Shown: positions 37,968 through 48,445, numbered from the stretch's first letter. The stretch is DNA of 64,000 nucleotides from an uncultured Candidatus Saccharibacteria bacterium (GCA_964548405.1 CAZJPW010000002.1:17-64016); one strand, 5' to 3'. The notes: generated by a model not told the origin, from the letters alone. A program made the numbers and translations.

Positions 37968-38878
37968 ATTTCTAACATTAAAACCTCCAAAGCCAACCGA
38001 GCATTAATACTTGGGTTGGTCAAAAGCCAATCTGTTCTTTTAATTGTTTTAATAATCTTTTTTAACTTTAGTAAAGAATAACAACCCTTATACTTAACTG
38101 TTTCCGGATAAAGAATTAAATCAGAACAATCATTAGCCAAGAGAAGTAAATCCCTGAACCAAAAAAGCCAATAATCTAGAATTTGCCGAGACATTGGCAA
38201 ATCCTTGGACATTTCTTCAACATATTGATAACGTTCACTTAAATTAGCTTTTAATATCTTTTCTAATTGATTAATTACCTTATCCTGTTCCTTTAAAAGT
38301 TCTGGATTTTCTAAATAATTAATGGCTAGGCCCGGACGGCCATTAGCCAAACGGATAATTTGATCTTTAGCTTTAGAAAGCACTTTTTTAATTTCTTGAC
38401 TCGGTACAGGCAAAAAATTAACTGTCTGACAACGAGAAACAATGGTCGATAAAAGCATTCTTGGATTAGCTGTCACTAGAATAAGGATTGCTTGTCCACT
38501 TGGCTCTTCTAATACTTTCAAAAGACAATTAGCTGCTTGATTAGTCATTCTATCAGCTCCATCAATCAAAACCACCTTGTAATCCGCAGAATATGGAAAC
38601 AAACTCATTTGATGCTGGATTTCTCTAGCTTGCTTAATACCTATTTCAAGTTCTTTCTTAACTCCCTTATCTGTCTCTATAACTTCCGGTTTAATAATTA
38701 AAACATCTGGATGAACCGCCCTGTCTATTTCTTTGCCAACTAGCATTCTAATAAATTCCAAAGCCACGGTTTGTTTACCTAAATGAGCCGGACCAGTAAA
38801 TAAATATGCATGAGCCAAACGTTGCTTTTCAACGCTTTTCTTCAAAAAACCTAAAACCCGCTGATGTCCAATAATCAT
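37964..38878 (-). CDS. holB: DNA polymerase III delta-prime subunit
   Basis: AAA+ clamp-loader N-terminus (HAYLFTGPAHLGK) with a degenerate, non-catalytic Walker A typical of delta-prime. SRC-like motif (VSRCQ). Confidence 0.7.
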   Translation of the reverse strand: MIIGHQRVLGFLKKSVEKQRLAHAYLFTGPAHLGKQTVALEFIRMLVGKEIDRAVHPDVLIIKPEVIETDKGVKKELEIGIKQAREIQHQMSLFPYSADYKVVLIDGADRMTNQAANCLLKVLEEPSGQAILILVTANPRMLLSTIVSRCQTVNFLPVPSQEIKKVLSKAKDQIIRLANGRPGLAINYLENPELLKEQDKVINQLEKILKANLSERYQYVEEMSKDLPMSRQILDYWLFWFRDLLLLANDCSDLILYPETVKYKGCYSLLKLKKIIKTIKRTDWLLTNPSINARLALEVLMLEI

Positions 38879-38904
38879 ACATTAATTTTATCATAATCCC
38901 TATC

Positions 38905-40017
38905 TTATCGCAATTTTCTTTGCTCTAGTATACTTATGACAAATTCTTTTATTGATCTCTCAAATCTATCTTGAGAAAACTTTTCAGCCCTTTTTCTAAT
39001 CAAAAGAGGACTATAATTATTTAAATTAATCAAAATGCGGCGAACTCCTTCAGCTAAAGATTCGGGCACTGCTTCGTCAAAAAATTCACCTGTAATTCCT
39101 TCTAAGACAGTTTCTATGGCCCCACCTCTACGATAGGCCAAGACTGGCTTTCCAAAACCCATGGCTTCGACTGGGGCAATACCAAAATCATCTTCGCCTG
39201 GAAAAAGAAAACCTATACAATTCTTAAAATATTTTTTAACACTTTGATCAGATCGCCAACCTAAAAACTTAATATTATCATGAGCCATTCTCTTTAATCT
39301 TTTCTTATCCGGACCTTCACCAATAATAATTAAAGGCAACCTCAACTTATTAAAAGCATTAACAGCCAAATCTATTCTTTTGTAAGGAGTCAATTGCGAG
39401 ACAATTAGGAAATACCCATCATTAGTCTGACTTAATTCTCCAAGATTATCTAATATCACGGGAGGATAGATAACTTCCGCTGCCCGGCCATAGAACTTAT
39501 TAACCCTTCCAGCTGTAGCCTTAGAGTTAGCGATAAAATGATCTACTCGGCTAGCGGCCGATTTATCCCACATTCTAACATAATGCATCATTACTCTAAT
39601 GGCTAAATTAGTTAAATGTCCTTTTCTTTGTTGTTCAATATATGAAGTATAGGCATCCCAACCAAAGCGCATTGGACTATGACAGTAACAGATATGAACG
39701 GCCTGAGGTCGAGTAATAACGCCTTTGACAAAACTATTAGAAGAAGAAATTACTAAGTCAAACTCACGCAAATCAAAAGTTTCCGGAGCCATAGGAATAA
39801 AAGGCAAAAGATACTTTTGGCGTTTGCGCCAAAACTTTGGAAAACCTTGCAAAAAAGAAGTATTAACCTTAACGCCCTCAAAATATTGACCCATTTTTTT
39901 CTGATCGTAAAGTAAAGTAAAAACCTCAGATTTAGGAAAAATTTTCCTTAAATTTAAAAAGACCCTCTCGGCCCCTCCAAAACGAATTAAATAATCGTGA
40001 ATTAAAGCTACTTTCAT
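38905..40017 (-). CDS. Glycosyltransferase family 4
   Basis: N-terminal GGAERV motif and a C-terminal GT-B E-x7-E-like region (PGEDDFGIAPVEAM). Confidence 0.75.
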   Translation of the reverse strand: MKVALIHDYLIRFGGAERVFLNLRKIFPKSEVFTLLYDQKKMGQYFEGVKVNTSFLQGFPKFWRKRQKYLLPFIPMAPETFDLREFDLVISSSNSFVKGVITRPQAVHICYCHSPMRFGWDAYTSYIEQQRKGHLTNLAIRVMMHYVRMWDKSAASRVDHFIANSKATAGRVNKFYGRAAEVIYPPVILDNLGELSQTNDGYFLIVSQLTPYKRIDLAVNAFNKLRLPLIIIGEGPDKKRLKRMAHDNIKFLGWRSDQSVKKYFKNCIGFLFPGEDDFGIAPVEAMGFGKPVLAYRRGGAIETVLEGITGEFFDEAVPESLAEGVRRILINLNNYSPLLIRKRAEKFSQDRFERSIKEFVISILEQRKLR

Positions 40018-41042
40018 GAATCAGTTAAAACTCTTAAAGTCTCTTGAGCACACTTCTTCCAAGAAAATCTCTTGGCATTCTCGTATCCCTCATTAACCAA
40101 TCTCTCTTTAAAATCCCTGTCTTCAATGATCTGATACATTCTATCGCAGATTTCTTCGATATTCTCAGGTTTTACCAATATTGCTCCCTGACCAGCTACT
40201 TCCGGCATTGAAGAAACATTAGAAGTTATCACCGGACAACCAGATACCTGAGCTTCCAGGATATGCATTCCAAAACCTTCATAAAAAGTCGGAAAAACAA
40301 ACATATCTGCATTCTTTAATAACTGCCACTTTTCTTTTTCTGAAACATACCCCTTTAGAATAATATCTTTACTAAAATTTATCTTATCATATTGATAACC
40401 TTTTAATCCAGCTAAAACCAGCTTATGCGGTACCTGGTATCTTTTTTTAAGTAATTCAAAGGCTCTAATTAATCCATGGATATTCTTTTTTGTCTCTAAA
40501 CGTCCAATGTATAGGATATATGGGTAACCCTTATCTTTATTTCCATTAACTTTTCTAGAAAGTATTCCATCTGGAATACCCACTCCATGATGGACTACCT
40601 GTATCTTTTCCGGATCACCATTATACAATTCAATCAAATCTTTTTTAGTATTCTCAGAAATAGCGATAACCTTACTGGCATTTCTTAAAGCATATTTAGT
40701 ACTCCAGCGTAAATAAGCTAGATGTTTTTTAGGATACATCTGAGGATAATATTCATATTCCAAACCATGAATAGTAACAACAGAATTTCTAGGATGAACT
40801 AAAGGCAAAACATGAACTGGGATAAATAGGACATCAGGTTTATTAAAAATCATTTCCGCAGACAATCTTACCTGAGTCCACATGGGCAGAGACCACTTTA
40901 AATTTTTATTGGAGTATAAAATAAAACGATGCTTTTGCGCTCCCTCCAGCATCGCTAAGTGTTTAATTAATTGATAGGTGTATTCCTCTACGCCTGTACG
41001 CGGCTTAATAAAAGCAGCCACAGCATTAATCCCTATAACCAT
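40014..41042 (-). CDS. Glycosyltransferase family 4
   Basis: C-terminal EGFGMHILEAQVSGCPVITS GT4 motif. Overlaps the downstream GT by 4 nt. Confidence 0.75.
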   Translation of the reverse strand: MVIGINAVAAFIKPRTGVEEYTYQLIKHLAMLEGAQKHRFILYSNKNLKWSLPMWTQVRLSAEMIFNKPDVLFIPVHVLPLVHPRNSVVTIHGLEYEYYPQMYPKKHLAYLRWSTKYALRNASKVIAISENTKKDLIELYNGDPEKIQVVHHGVGIPDGILSRKVNGNKDKGYPYILYIGRLETKKNIHGLIRAFELLKKRYQVPHKLVLAGLKGYQYDKINFSKDIILKGYVSEKEKWQLLKNADMFVFPTFYEGFGMHILEAQVSGCPVITSNVSSMPEVAGQGAILVKPENIEEICDRMYQIIEDRDFKERLVNEGYENAKRFSWKKCAQETLRVLTDS

Positions 41043-41043
41043 A

Positions 41044-42051
41044 CTACTTTTTACTCATTATACTTCGTTTATAAACTTCTAAATTATCCAAAGCCGTACC
41101 GGCACCCTTAGCCACACAAAGCAAGGGATCTTTGGCAATTCGACAATTAACACCAGTTGCCTCAGTAATCAAATTATCTAAATTTTTAAGCAAAGCGCCA
41201 CCTCCGCTCAAAACCATACCATGATCCATAATATCAGCAATTAATTCTGGCAATGTTCCTTGAAGTACATTTTTAACCGATTTAATAATCTCTCTTAATT
41301 GTTCTGAAATCGCTTCAGTGATTTCGTTACCCCTAACTTCAATAGTCTTGGGTAAACCGCCAATTAAATCCCGACCCTGGATTTCCATGACCGGTTCTTC
41401 CTCTTGGGGTAAAGCGCTGCCAATCTCTATTTTAATCTTTTCGGCGGTCCTTTCACCAACAGCTAAATTATGTTTCTTTCTAATATGTTCACTAATCGCC
41501 TGATCCAATTTATCTCCACCTACCCTTACTGAATCACAAGAAACTACCCCACCCAAAGAAATCACAGCCATTTCTGAAGTTCCTCCACCAATATCAATAA
41601 TCATCTGACCAGTTGGCTGATTAATTTTCAAACCAGCTCCAATAGCTGCTAAAACAGGCTCTTTAACTACATAAGCATTCTTGGCGCCAGCTTTAACTGT
41701 GGCCTCAATTACTGCTCTTCTTTCAGTTGAAGTAATCCCAGCTGGCACTGAAACCATGACATCTGGTCGAAAGATACGCCAACTGCCCAAAACTTTTCCG
41801 ATAAAATATCGAAGTAATGCCTCAGTTACCCGATAATCAGCAATAACACCATCTTTCATGGGTCGATAAACCGTAATGATTTCTGGAGCCCTGCCTAGCA
41901 TTTCTTTAGCCGGATTACCCACCGCTAAAATACGGTTATCCTCATCAGAAACCGCTACCACAGTTGGTTCATTAATAACTACACCCTTTTTGGGTAGATG
42001 AACCAAAGTATTAGCTGTACCTAAATCAATTCCTATTTTTCTAGCTAACAT
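41044..42051 (-). CDS. Second MreB-like actin homologue (Mbl/MreB paralogue)
   Basis: KIGIDLGTANTLVHL, DIGGGTSE. About 50% identical by eye to the mreB at 32460. Confidence 0.85.
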   Translation of the reverse strand: MLARKIGIDLGTANTLVHLPKKGVVINEPTVVAVSDEDNRILAVGNPAKEMLGRAPEIITVYRPMKDGVIADYRVTEALLRYFIGKVLGSWRIFRPDVMVSVPAGITSTERRAVIEATVKAGAKNAYVVKEPVLAAIGAGLKINQPTGQMIIDIGGGTSEMAVISLGGVVSCDSVRVGGDKLDQAISEHIRKKHNLAVGERTAEKIKIEIGSALPQEEEPVMEIQGRDLIGGLPKTIEVRGNEITEAISEQLREIIKSVKNVLQGTLPELIADIMDHGMVLSGGGALLKNLDNLITEATGVNCRIAKDPLLCVAKGAGTALDNLEVYKRSIMSKK

Positions 42052-43307
42052 ATTTCCATCCTTTTAATATTCGCTCCTATTTTCTTTAATCGTTCTTCAA
42101 TATGTTCGTAACCCCTGTCTATTTGATAAATGTTTTCAATGACTGATTCTCCTTTTGCTATTAAAGCAGCAATAACCAAGGCGATACCTGCCCTAATATC
42201 AGGACTAGTCAAACGACGACCATACAGTTTAGTCGGACCCTGGATAATAACCCGATGAGGATCAGCCATGATAATTTTAGCGCCCATCTGATTAAGTATA
42301 TCAGTATAAAAGAGACGACCTTCAAAGATTGTTTCGTGAATTAAAGATAAACCTTTAGCTTGAGTCATTAAAACCGCAAAAGGAGCTTGTAAATCAGTTG
42401 GAAAACCAGGATACTCATGAGTTTTTAAATCAACTGCCTTTAATCTAGAGCTCTGCTTAACTTTAACAAAATCTTTACCAATCTCCAAATTAGCTCCAGC
42501 TTTATTCAAAAGAGACCAAAGAACCTCTAAATGACTAGGATTCATATTAGTAACCTTAATCGGACTATTACTAGCCACTCCCAAAGCAACAAAACTACCT
42601 GCTTCTAATCTATCTGGAATAATCTGGCATTTCCCACCACCCAAAGAATTAACTCCCTCAATCTCTATAAACGGAGTTCCGGCTCCTTTAATCTTAGCCC
42701 CTAATTTATTTAAAAAGTCGACCAAACTATAAATCTCTGGCTCGCAAGCTGTATTAATTAACTTTGTTTTTCCTTTAGCTAAAACAGCTGTTAAAATCAT
42801 TGCTTCAGTTGCTGTAACGCTAATCTTAGGAAAAACAAATTTAGTTCCTTTTAATTGCTTAGTTGATAAATGATACCCCTCTTTACTCTCTTTGACTTTA
42901 GCTCCAAAAGCTTCAAAGCCACTTATAAAAATATCGCGTGGACGTTGGCCAATAACACAACCCCCTGATTGACAAAGAGTAGCTTCTCCACATCGAGCCA
43001 ATAAAGGACCAATCATTAGAATAGATCCTTTTAAACGACTGGCAATATCCGGATTTAGCTTAGTCGTATTGATATTCCTAGCCCTTAATTGATAAATTCC
43101 TTTGGAATCACTTTTAATTTTAACTCCGATTTCCTTTAATAGTTCAATTAAACGAAAAATATCCTCAATTTGAGGAACATTAGAGATGGTCCATTGCTTA
43201 TCTGTTAATAAACAAGCAGCCAAAACCTTCAAAGCCGCGTTTTTAGCTCCGTTAACCTTTATTTCCCCCTTAAGCTTCTTCTGGCCTTTAACTATGAATT
43301 TCTCCAT
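42045..43307 (-). CDS. murA: UDP-N-acetylglucosamine 1-carboxyvinyltransferase
   Basis: EPT-fold motifs (KVNGAKNAALK, active-site Cys in QSGGCVIGQRP). The start is set at the internal ATG (MEKFIVKG); the track ORF begins 15 codons earlier. Confidence 0.85.
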   Translation of the reverse strand: MEKFIVKGQKKLKGEIKVNGAKNAALKVLAACLLTDKQWTISNVPQIEDIFRLIELLKEIGVKIKSDSKGIYQLRARNINTTKLNPDIASRLKGSILMIGPLLARCGEATLCQSGGCVIGQRPRDIFISGFEAFGAKVKESKEGYHLSTKQLKGTKFVFPKISVTATEAMILTAVLAKGKTKLINTACEPEIYSLVDFLNKLGAKIKGAGTPFIEIEGVNSLGGGKCQIIPDRLEAGSFVALGVASNSPIKVTNMNPSHLEVLWSLLNKAGANLEIGKDFVKVKQSSRLKAVDLKTHEYPGFPTDLQAPFAVLMTQAKGLSLIHETIFEGRLFYTDILNQMGAKIIMADPHRVIIQGPTKLYGRRLTSPDIRAGIALVIAALIAKGESVIENIYQIDRGYEHIEERLKKIGANIKRMEIC

Positions 43308-43399
43308 ACACATATATCCTATCTCATTAAGCCATAATTGACAAGTTGACATATTGAATAGAATAAGTATATGCTGATATTAGAAATAAGGAATGAAAC

Positions 43400-44374
43400 A
43401 TGACTCGTCGAACACGTCAAATCATACTTTTAGCAACAACTCTTTTTTTTATTCTAGCCACCCCAGCCACTTTACTTTATGCTTGGGGCTATAGTTTTGA
43501 TTGGCAAACTAAAAAACCAGTTCTTACGGGCGGTCTCTATCTTAAATCAATTCCTAAAAAAGCCGAAGTATACATTAATGATAAACCCCAAAAAGAAACA
43601 ACTCCGACATTTATTAAACGGTTATTGCCTAAAGAATATCAAATCAGAGTAACCAAACAAGGTTACCATTCTTGGCAAAAGACTTTAAAAGTTGAATCAA
43701 AAATAGTAACAGAATCAAAGAATATTCTACTTATCCCCCTTAGTCCGGAAATCGAAACGGTTAGCCAAGACTTGGCGCTTAATTTTTCCTTAGAAGATTT
43801 TATTCAGGAAGAATCAACCAATATCTTCTATATCCAAAAACCAAGCTATATCCTTTATAAAACAGATCAAGACAATTCATTCCAAGAGCAAATTAGCTTA
43901 ACTCCTCTACCCAGCAATCATCAATACGAAATATTTTCCTCGGCCAATGAACAGATTGTTGTCTTAGACAAAAAAAACCAGCTTTATCTATTTAATCAAG
44001 GAACAAAAAACTTTGAATTAATAAGTCAAAATGTCCAAAGTCTCCAATTTTCCTATAACAACAAAAGACTACTTTACTTTACCCCCTCTGAAATCTGGAT
44101 ATACCATTTAGAAAGATCGGGTAAAATAGCGGATAATAAGGAGTTAATTACTAGATTAAGCCAGAAAATTAAGCAAGCCATTTGGCACAAAACCAATGAA
44201 CACATCATTTTTTCAGTCGGAGAAAATATTAAAATAATTGAATTAGATAATCGAAGCGATAGAAATATTGTTAATTTAATCAAATTAGAAGTTAAAAAAA
44301 TGGCCTACGGCCAAAAAGACGAAAAACTTTATTTAATAAAAGAAAATGAACTACTGGCCATTACCCTGGATTAA
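43400..44374 (+). CDS. Membrane-anchored PEGA-domain protein
   Basis: N-terminal TM segment and a PEGA-like beta-sandwich motif (KAEVYINDK...KEYQIRVTKQGY). The rest has no recognised motif. Confidence 0.55.
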   Translation: MTRRTRQIILLATTLFFILATPATLLYAWGYSFDWQTKKPVLTGGLYLKSIPKKAEVYINDKPQKETTPTFIKRLLPKEYQIRVTKQGYHSWQKTLKVESKIVTESKNILLIPLSPEIETVSQDLALNFSLEDFIQEESTNIFYIQKPSYILYKTDQDNSFQEQISLTPLPSNHQYEIFSSANEQIVVLDKKNQLYLFNQGTKNFELISQNVQSLQFSYNNKRLLYFTPSEIWIYHLERSGKIADNKELITRLSQKIKQAIWHKTNEHIIFSVGENIKIIELDNRSDRNIVNLIKLEVKKMAYGQKDEKLYLIKENELLAITLD

Positions 44375-44378
44375 AAAA

Positions 44379-44399
44379 ATCCCCACCAGATGCGGGGAT
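44379..44399. terminator. Bidirectional intrinsic terminator (A6-ATCCCC...GGGGAT-T5) between convergent PEGA gene and rpsI
   Basis: A 6-bp GC stem flanked by an A-tract and a T-tract was read directly. Confidence 0.65.
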
Positions 44400-44404
44400 T
44401 TTTC

Positions 44405-44881
44405 TTATCTCTTCTTCCACTGTGTAGCCTTTCTCGCCTTCTTGAGACCAGGCTTTTTTCTTTCTTTCTTTCTCGAATCACGAGTAAGAAAACCTGATCT
44501 TTTCAGTTTTTTGGAAAAATCAGGATTAAATTTAACCAAGGCTCGAGATAAGCCATGGCGAGCTGCTTCAGCTTGTCCTTTAATACCGCCGCCTTTAATC
44601 TTAATAGTCGCTTCAAAACGATTGATTGACTTCATTTTCTTAAGCGGACTGAGTAATATTTCCCTTAAATCAAAAGTTGTAAAGAAATCAGCATAATCTT
44701 TATCATTGACTGTAACCTTGCCTTTTTCATTTTCAAAAGGCTTGCAAGTAAAAAGCCTGACTCTGGCAGTTGACGTCTTTCTCCGGCCAACCGCTTCATA
44801 GTATTGCCTTTTTATTTCTTTGGCTGAAGTCTTTTTAACCACTTTCTTCTTGGCCTTGGTTGTTTTTTTCTTTTCTGGCAT
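44405..44881 (-). CDS. rpsI: 30S ribosomal protein S9
   Basis: S9 core (GGGIKGQAEA, SRALV) and C-terminal ...KKR. The N-terminus has a Lys-rich extension. Confidence 0.9.
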   Translation of the reverse strand: MPEKKKTTKAKKKVVKKTSAKEIKRQYYEAVGRRKTSTARVRLFTCKPFENEKGKVTVNDKDYADFFTTFDLREILLSPLKKMKSINRFEATIKIKGGGIKGQAEAARHGLSRALVKFNPDFSKKLKRSGFLTRDSRKKERKKPGLKKARKATQWKKR

Positions 44882-44882
44882 A

Positions 44883-45245
44883 TTATTTATCTATCTCTTC
44901 TTTGTATAGTTTTAGCTTTTTAATAACCTTATCTCTTAATTTATTCTTAGGTAACATTCCGTAAACTGCTTTTTTGACCACTTCCCGAGAGTCTTTTTCC
45001 ATAGCTTTTTTAAAAGGAATTTCTTTAATTCCACCCGGATAACCAGAATGATGATAATACATTTTCTGATCTTCTTTTCGTCCGGTTAATCTAACTTTAT
45101 TAGTATTATAAACAATTACTTGATCACCCATATCCATATGAGGCATAAATTCAGGCTTGTTTTTGCCACGCAATAAATTAGCCACCTCAACAGCCATTCT
45201 CCCTAAAACTTTGTTTTTTGCATCAATCTTATGTGTCATGTTCAC
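44883..45245 (-). CDS. rplM: 50S ribosomal protein L13
   Basis: VLGRMAVEVANLLRGK and later conserved blocks. Confidence 0.9.
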   Translation of the reverse strand: MNMTHKIDAKNKVLGRMAVEVANLLRGKNKPEFMPHMDMGDQVIVYNTNKVRLTGRKEDQKMYYHHSGYPGGIKEIPFKKAMEKDSREVVKKAVYGMLPKNKLRDKVIKKLKLYKEEIDK

Positions 45246-45250
45246 TATGT

Positions 45251-45601
45251 TTACTTAACTAATTCAATAATAGCCATTTTGGCGCTATCTGTTTTGCGCG
45301 GACCCAATTTAGTAATCCTAGTATATCCGCCTGGCCTGGCTTGGTAACGAGGCCCTATTTCCGCAATCATCTTTTTTAATATCTTAGCTGGAAGGTATCT
45401 TGCTAAATATCTAGTATTAGCTAAATTATTGGTCCTGCTTTTAGTAATCAACTTTTCCACAAAAGGACGAACTTCCTTAGCTTTGGCTTCAGTAGTAGTA
45501 ACCTTTTCTTTTAATAGTAAGTTAGCGGCCAAGATTTTCAAAAGAGCCTTCCGCTGATCCTTATTACGACCAAATTTTCTTAATTTATTACCGTGCTTCA
45601 T
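45251..45601 (-). CDS. rplQ: 50S ribosomal protein L17
   Basis: MKHGNKLRKFGRNKDQRKAL... typical L17 N-terminus. Confidence 0.9.
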   Translation of the reverse strand: MKHGNKLRKFGRNKDQRKALLKILAANLLLKEKVTTTEAKAKEVRPFVEKLITKSRTNNLANTRYLARYLPAKILKKMIAEIGPRYQARPGGYTRITKLGPRKTDSAKMAIIELVK

Positions 45602-45615
45602 TATTTCAAAGTTAT

Positions 45616-46575
45616 TTATTTGAGAGTTAAACCTAGTTTGCCAAGAGATCTTTTAATTTCAAGGATACCCTTATCTCCCATGCCATCAATCTTTTCTAAG
45701 TCCGCTATACTCTTTTTAATCAGACTAGCCACTGTCTTTATTCCAACTGCCTGGAGAACGGTCGTCGTCCTGGAAGAAATCTTAAAGTCTTCTATCTTAA
45801 TCTTAGTAGGATCATCTTTTAAATCTTTTGTCTTAGTAGACTTCTTTTCTTCTTTTTTCTCTTTTACCTTAGTTGTTGCCTTTTTAGTTTTCTTATCCGC
45901 TAATTGAGTAAAAACGCTATAATTATCAACTAATATCTGAGCTGCTTTAAGAAAAGCGTCTTTAGGAGCAATCGTTCCGTCAGTTTCAATCTTAAAGGTC
46001 ATTTTATCATAATCTGTTCTTTCGCCCACCCTCATATTTTCTATAGAATAAGTCACCTTGCGAACAGGACTGAAAATAGCATCTATGGCAATCTTACCAA
46101 TCTCTATTTTCCCTTTCTTGCGTTCTTCAATCGGCGAATATCCTAAGCCTGGCTCAACTTCAATCTCTATCTCTAATTCTGCTTTTTTATCAGTCAAAGT
46201 TGCAATGTGAGCATCCTTATTAACAACCTCTAATTCAGAGGTCGTTTTAATATCTCCGGCCTTAACTTCCTTTTCACCTTTAACCTTTAACATTACTTTA
46301 AAAGATTCTTGACGATGCAGCTTAAACCTAACCTGCTTAAGATTGAGGATTATTTGAACTACATCTTCCATTATATGAGGAATAGTTGAAAACTCATGTT
46401 GAGCTCCTTTTATCTTTATTCCAGTAATGGCTGCACCGGGTAAAGAAGACAAAAGAACACGACGAAGAGAGCTGCCTAAAGTATTTCCATACCCCGGATA
46501 ACAAGCTCCAATCTCAAAGATGCCCTTATTCCCTTTTTCTTCGATAATTTTTGGTTTATTTGGTAAAGTAATCAT
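45616..46575 (-). CDS. rpoA: DNA-directed RNA polymerase alpha subunit
   Basis: alpha-NTD blocks and a C-terminal alpha-CTD helix-hairpin-helix (ISSRTTTVLQAVGIKTVASL), preceded by a Lys-rich linker. Confidence 0.9.
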   Translation of the reverse strand: MITLPNKPKIIEEKGNKGIFEIGACYPGYGNTLGSSLRRVLLSSLPGAAITGIKIKGAQHEFSTIPHIMEDVVQIILNLKQVRFKLHRQESFKVMLKVKGEKEVKAGDIKTTSELEVVNKDAHIATLTDKKAELEIEIEVEPGLGYSPIEERKKGKIEIGKIAIDAIFSPVRKVTYSIENMRVGERTDYDKMTFKIETDGTIAPKDAFLKAAQILVDNYSVFTQLADKKTKKATTKVKEKKEEKKSTKTKDLKDDPTKIKIEDFKISSRTTTVLQAVGIKTVASLIKKSIADLEKIDGMGDKGILEIKRSLGKLGLTLK

Positions 46576-46592
46576 ATTTTTAATATTATTGT

Positions 46593-47216
46593 TTATTTAC
46601 TATAGAATTCAATAATCATGCTTAATTCGCCGATTTTACCCATATCTTCCATGGTGGGCTGACTTTTGACTTTACCTTCGATCTTTTGCTTATCCAAAAC
46701 TAACCATTTGGGCGCTTCATATTTTTTAATAATTGTTTTAAGATCTTTGAAAAGAATCTTTTTCTTACTTGCTTCCCTTATTTTAACAAGATCATCCTTT
46801 TTAACCTGATAAGAAGCAATATTAACTTTCCGGCCGTTAACCAAAATATGACCATGACTGACTATCTGTCTGGCTAAGCTTCTTGAAACAGCCCAACCCA
46901 ACCGAAAAACAACATTATCCAATCTACTTTCCAGCTTTTGAGCAAAAAGTTCTTCTTTATTTCCTTTTTGTCCGGCAATTTCCTTGAAATATTTCTTAAA
47001 CTGCTGTTCTGATATACTATAGGCATTACGAACCTTTTGTTTTTCAGTCAGCTGCAAGCCATATTCCGAAGCCCTTCTTCTAAAAGACTTGCCGTGGACT
47101 CCAGGCGGATAAGGCCTTCGAATCATAGCACACTTCTGACCAAAGCAACGATCCCCTTTAAGAAAAAGTTTTTGTCCGGCCCTTCTGCATTTTTTACATT
47201 TAGCGTCGATAATCAT
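46593..47216 (-). CDS. rpsD: 30S ribosomal protein S4
   Basis: N-terminal zinc-ribbon-like CKKCRR...C and the S4 domain. Confidence 0.9.
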   Translation of the reverse strand: MIIDAKCKKCRRAGQKLFLKGDRCFGQKCAMIRRPYPPGVHGKSFRRRASEYGLQLTEKQKVRNAYSISEQQFKKYFKEIAGQKGNKEELFAQKLESRLDNVVFRLGWAVSRSLARQIVSHGHILVNGRKVNIASYQVKKDDLVKIREASKKKILFKDLKTIIKKYEAPKWLVLDKQKIEGKVKSQPTMEDMGKIGELSMIIEFYSK

Positions 47217-47221
47217 ATATA

Positions 47222-47689
47222 TTAGACTCTCCTTGGTTTACGTGAACGGCAGCCATTATGCGGTACCGGAGTAACATCTTTAATAGAAATAATTTCCAAA
47301 CCATGATTAACCAAAGCTCTGATAGCTGCATCCCGACCACTGCCAACACCTCTAACAAAAACCGATATTTCTTTAAGGCCATAGCTGCTCATTTTTTCAA
47401 CCAAAGTTTCAACTACGCGCGAGGCGGCAAACGGAGTAGCTTTCTTAGGACCCTTAAACCCGACTGAACCAGCACTAGACCAAGCCACTACATTACCTTG
47501 TAAATCGGTAATAGTGATGAGGGTATTATTGTACGAAGATTGAATATATACTTTGGCATGTTCAAGCCGGCCAATTTTTTTCTTTCCTTTTGACCCCTTA
47601 GATTGAGCTTTGCGTTCGCTTTCTTCCCTTTCTTCTGCTTCTTTTAAAAGCTCTTCTTGTGTTTTTTTAATTATTTTTTTCTTACCCAT
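47222..47689 (-). CDS. rpsK: 30S ribosomal protein S11 with Lys/Glu-rich N-terminal extension
   Basis: Core HAKVYIQSSYNNTLITITD...; the start is taken at MGKKKIIKK. The same frame stays open upstream into rpsM. Confidence 0.85.
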   Translation of the reverse strand: MGKKKIIKKTQEELLKEAEEREESERKAQSKGSKGKKKIGRLEHAKVYIQSSYNNTLITITDLQGNVVAWSSAGSVGFKGPKKATPFAASRVVETLVEKMSSYGLKEISVFVRGVGSGRDAAIRALVNHGLEIISIKDVTPVPHNGCRSRKPRRV

Positions 47690-47696
47690 AATTATA

Positions 47697-48086
47697 TTAT
47701 GTTTTTTCAGCTGCTTTCTTTCTTCCGCTACCCATAGTCTTACGAACATTACCTCGAATGGTCCGAGTATTAGTTTTTGTTTGTTGGCCTCTAACTGGCA
47801 AACCTTTAATATGGCGAATACCGCGGTAAGAACCAATATCTTTTAACCGTTTAATATTCATCATTTTTTCCTGTCTTAATTCACCCTCGACCCGATATTC
47901 CTTTTCTACTATCTCTCTTAAAGCGTTTACTTCTTTACTTGATAGTTTGTTAGTCCTGATATTGGGATCTATTTTAGCTTTAGCCAAAATACGCTGACTC
48001 AAAGTTTGCCCTATGCCATAAACATAGGTTAAAGCGATCTCTATTCTTTTATTATCTGGAATATTAACACCAGCTATTCTAGCCAT
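47697..48086 (-). CDS. rpsM: 30S ribosomal protein S13
   Basis: [26 protein letters not shown]. Confidence 0.9.
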   Translation of the reverse strand: MARIAGVNIPDNKRIEIALTYVYGIGQTLSQRILAKAKIDPNIRTNKLSSKEVNALREIVEKEYRVEGELRQEKMMNIKRLKDIGSYRGIRHIKGLPVRGQQTKTNTRTIRGNVRKTMGSGRKKAAEKT

Positions 48087-48100
48087 AGTTTGTATTAAAA

Positions 48101-48217
48101 TTAACCCTGCCTTTGCTTATGTCTTGGATTTTTCTTACAAATAACATAAACCCGACCTTTCCGTCGGACTATTTTACAATCTGCGCACATTTTTTTAACA
48201 GAAGCACGTACTTTCAT
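48101..48217 (-). CDS. rpmJ: 50S ribosomal protein L36
   Basis: Translated by hand from the minus strand: [38 protein letters not shown] (38 aa, Cx2Cx12Cx4H-type). It is missing from the track because it is under 60 aa. Confidence 0.85.
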   Translation of the reverse strand: MKVRASVKKMCADCKIVRRKGRVYVICKKNPRHKQRQG

Positions 48218-48220
48218 AAT

Positions 48221-48445
48221 TTACTTTCCTCGATAAGTGATCCTTCCTTTAGTATTATCATAAGGACTCATTTCAACCTTAACTTGATCGCCGACCAAAA
48301 CACGAATATGATGCAAACGCATCTTTCCCGAAAGCTTAGCTAATACTTCACTCTGATCATCCAACTTTACCTTAAACATTAGGCTAGGCAAAGCCTCAAT
48401 AACCACCCCTTCCTGGGTAATTTTTTTTTCTTTGAGTTTAATCAC
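48221..48445 (-). CDS. infA: Translation initiation factor IF-1
   Basis: 74 aa with an S1-like OB fold; [17 protein letters not shown]... Confidence 0.9.
   Translation of the reverse strand: MIKLKEKKITQEGVVIEALPSLMFKVKLDDQSEVLAKLSGKMRLHHIRVLVGDQVKVEMSPYDNTKGRITYRGK

Noticed and set aside
47689-47836. N-terminal 49 codons of the track ORF for S11 ([14 protein letters not shown]...)
   Set aside because: This part overlaps the 3' end of rpsM in another frame and has no similarity to S11. The start was set at MGKKKIIKK (47689).
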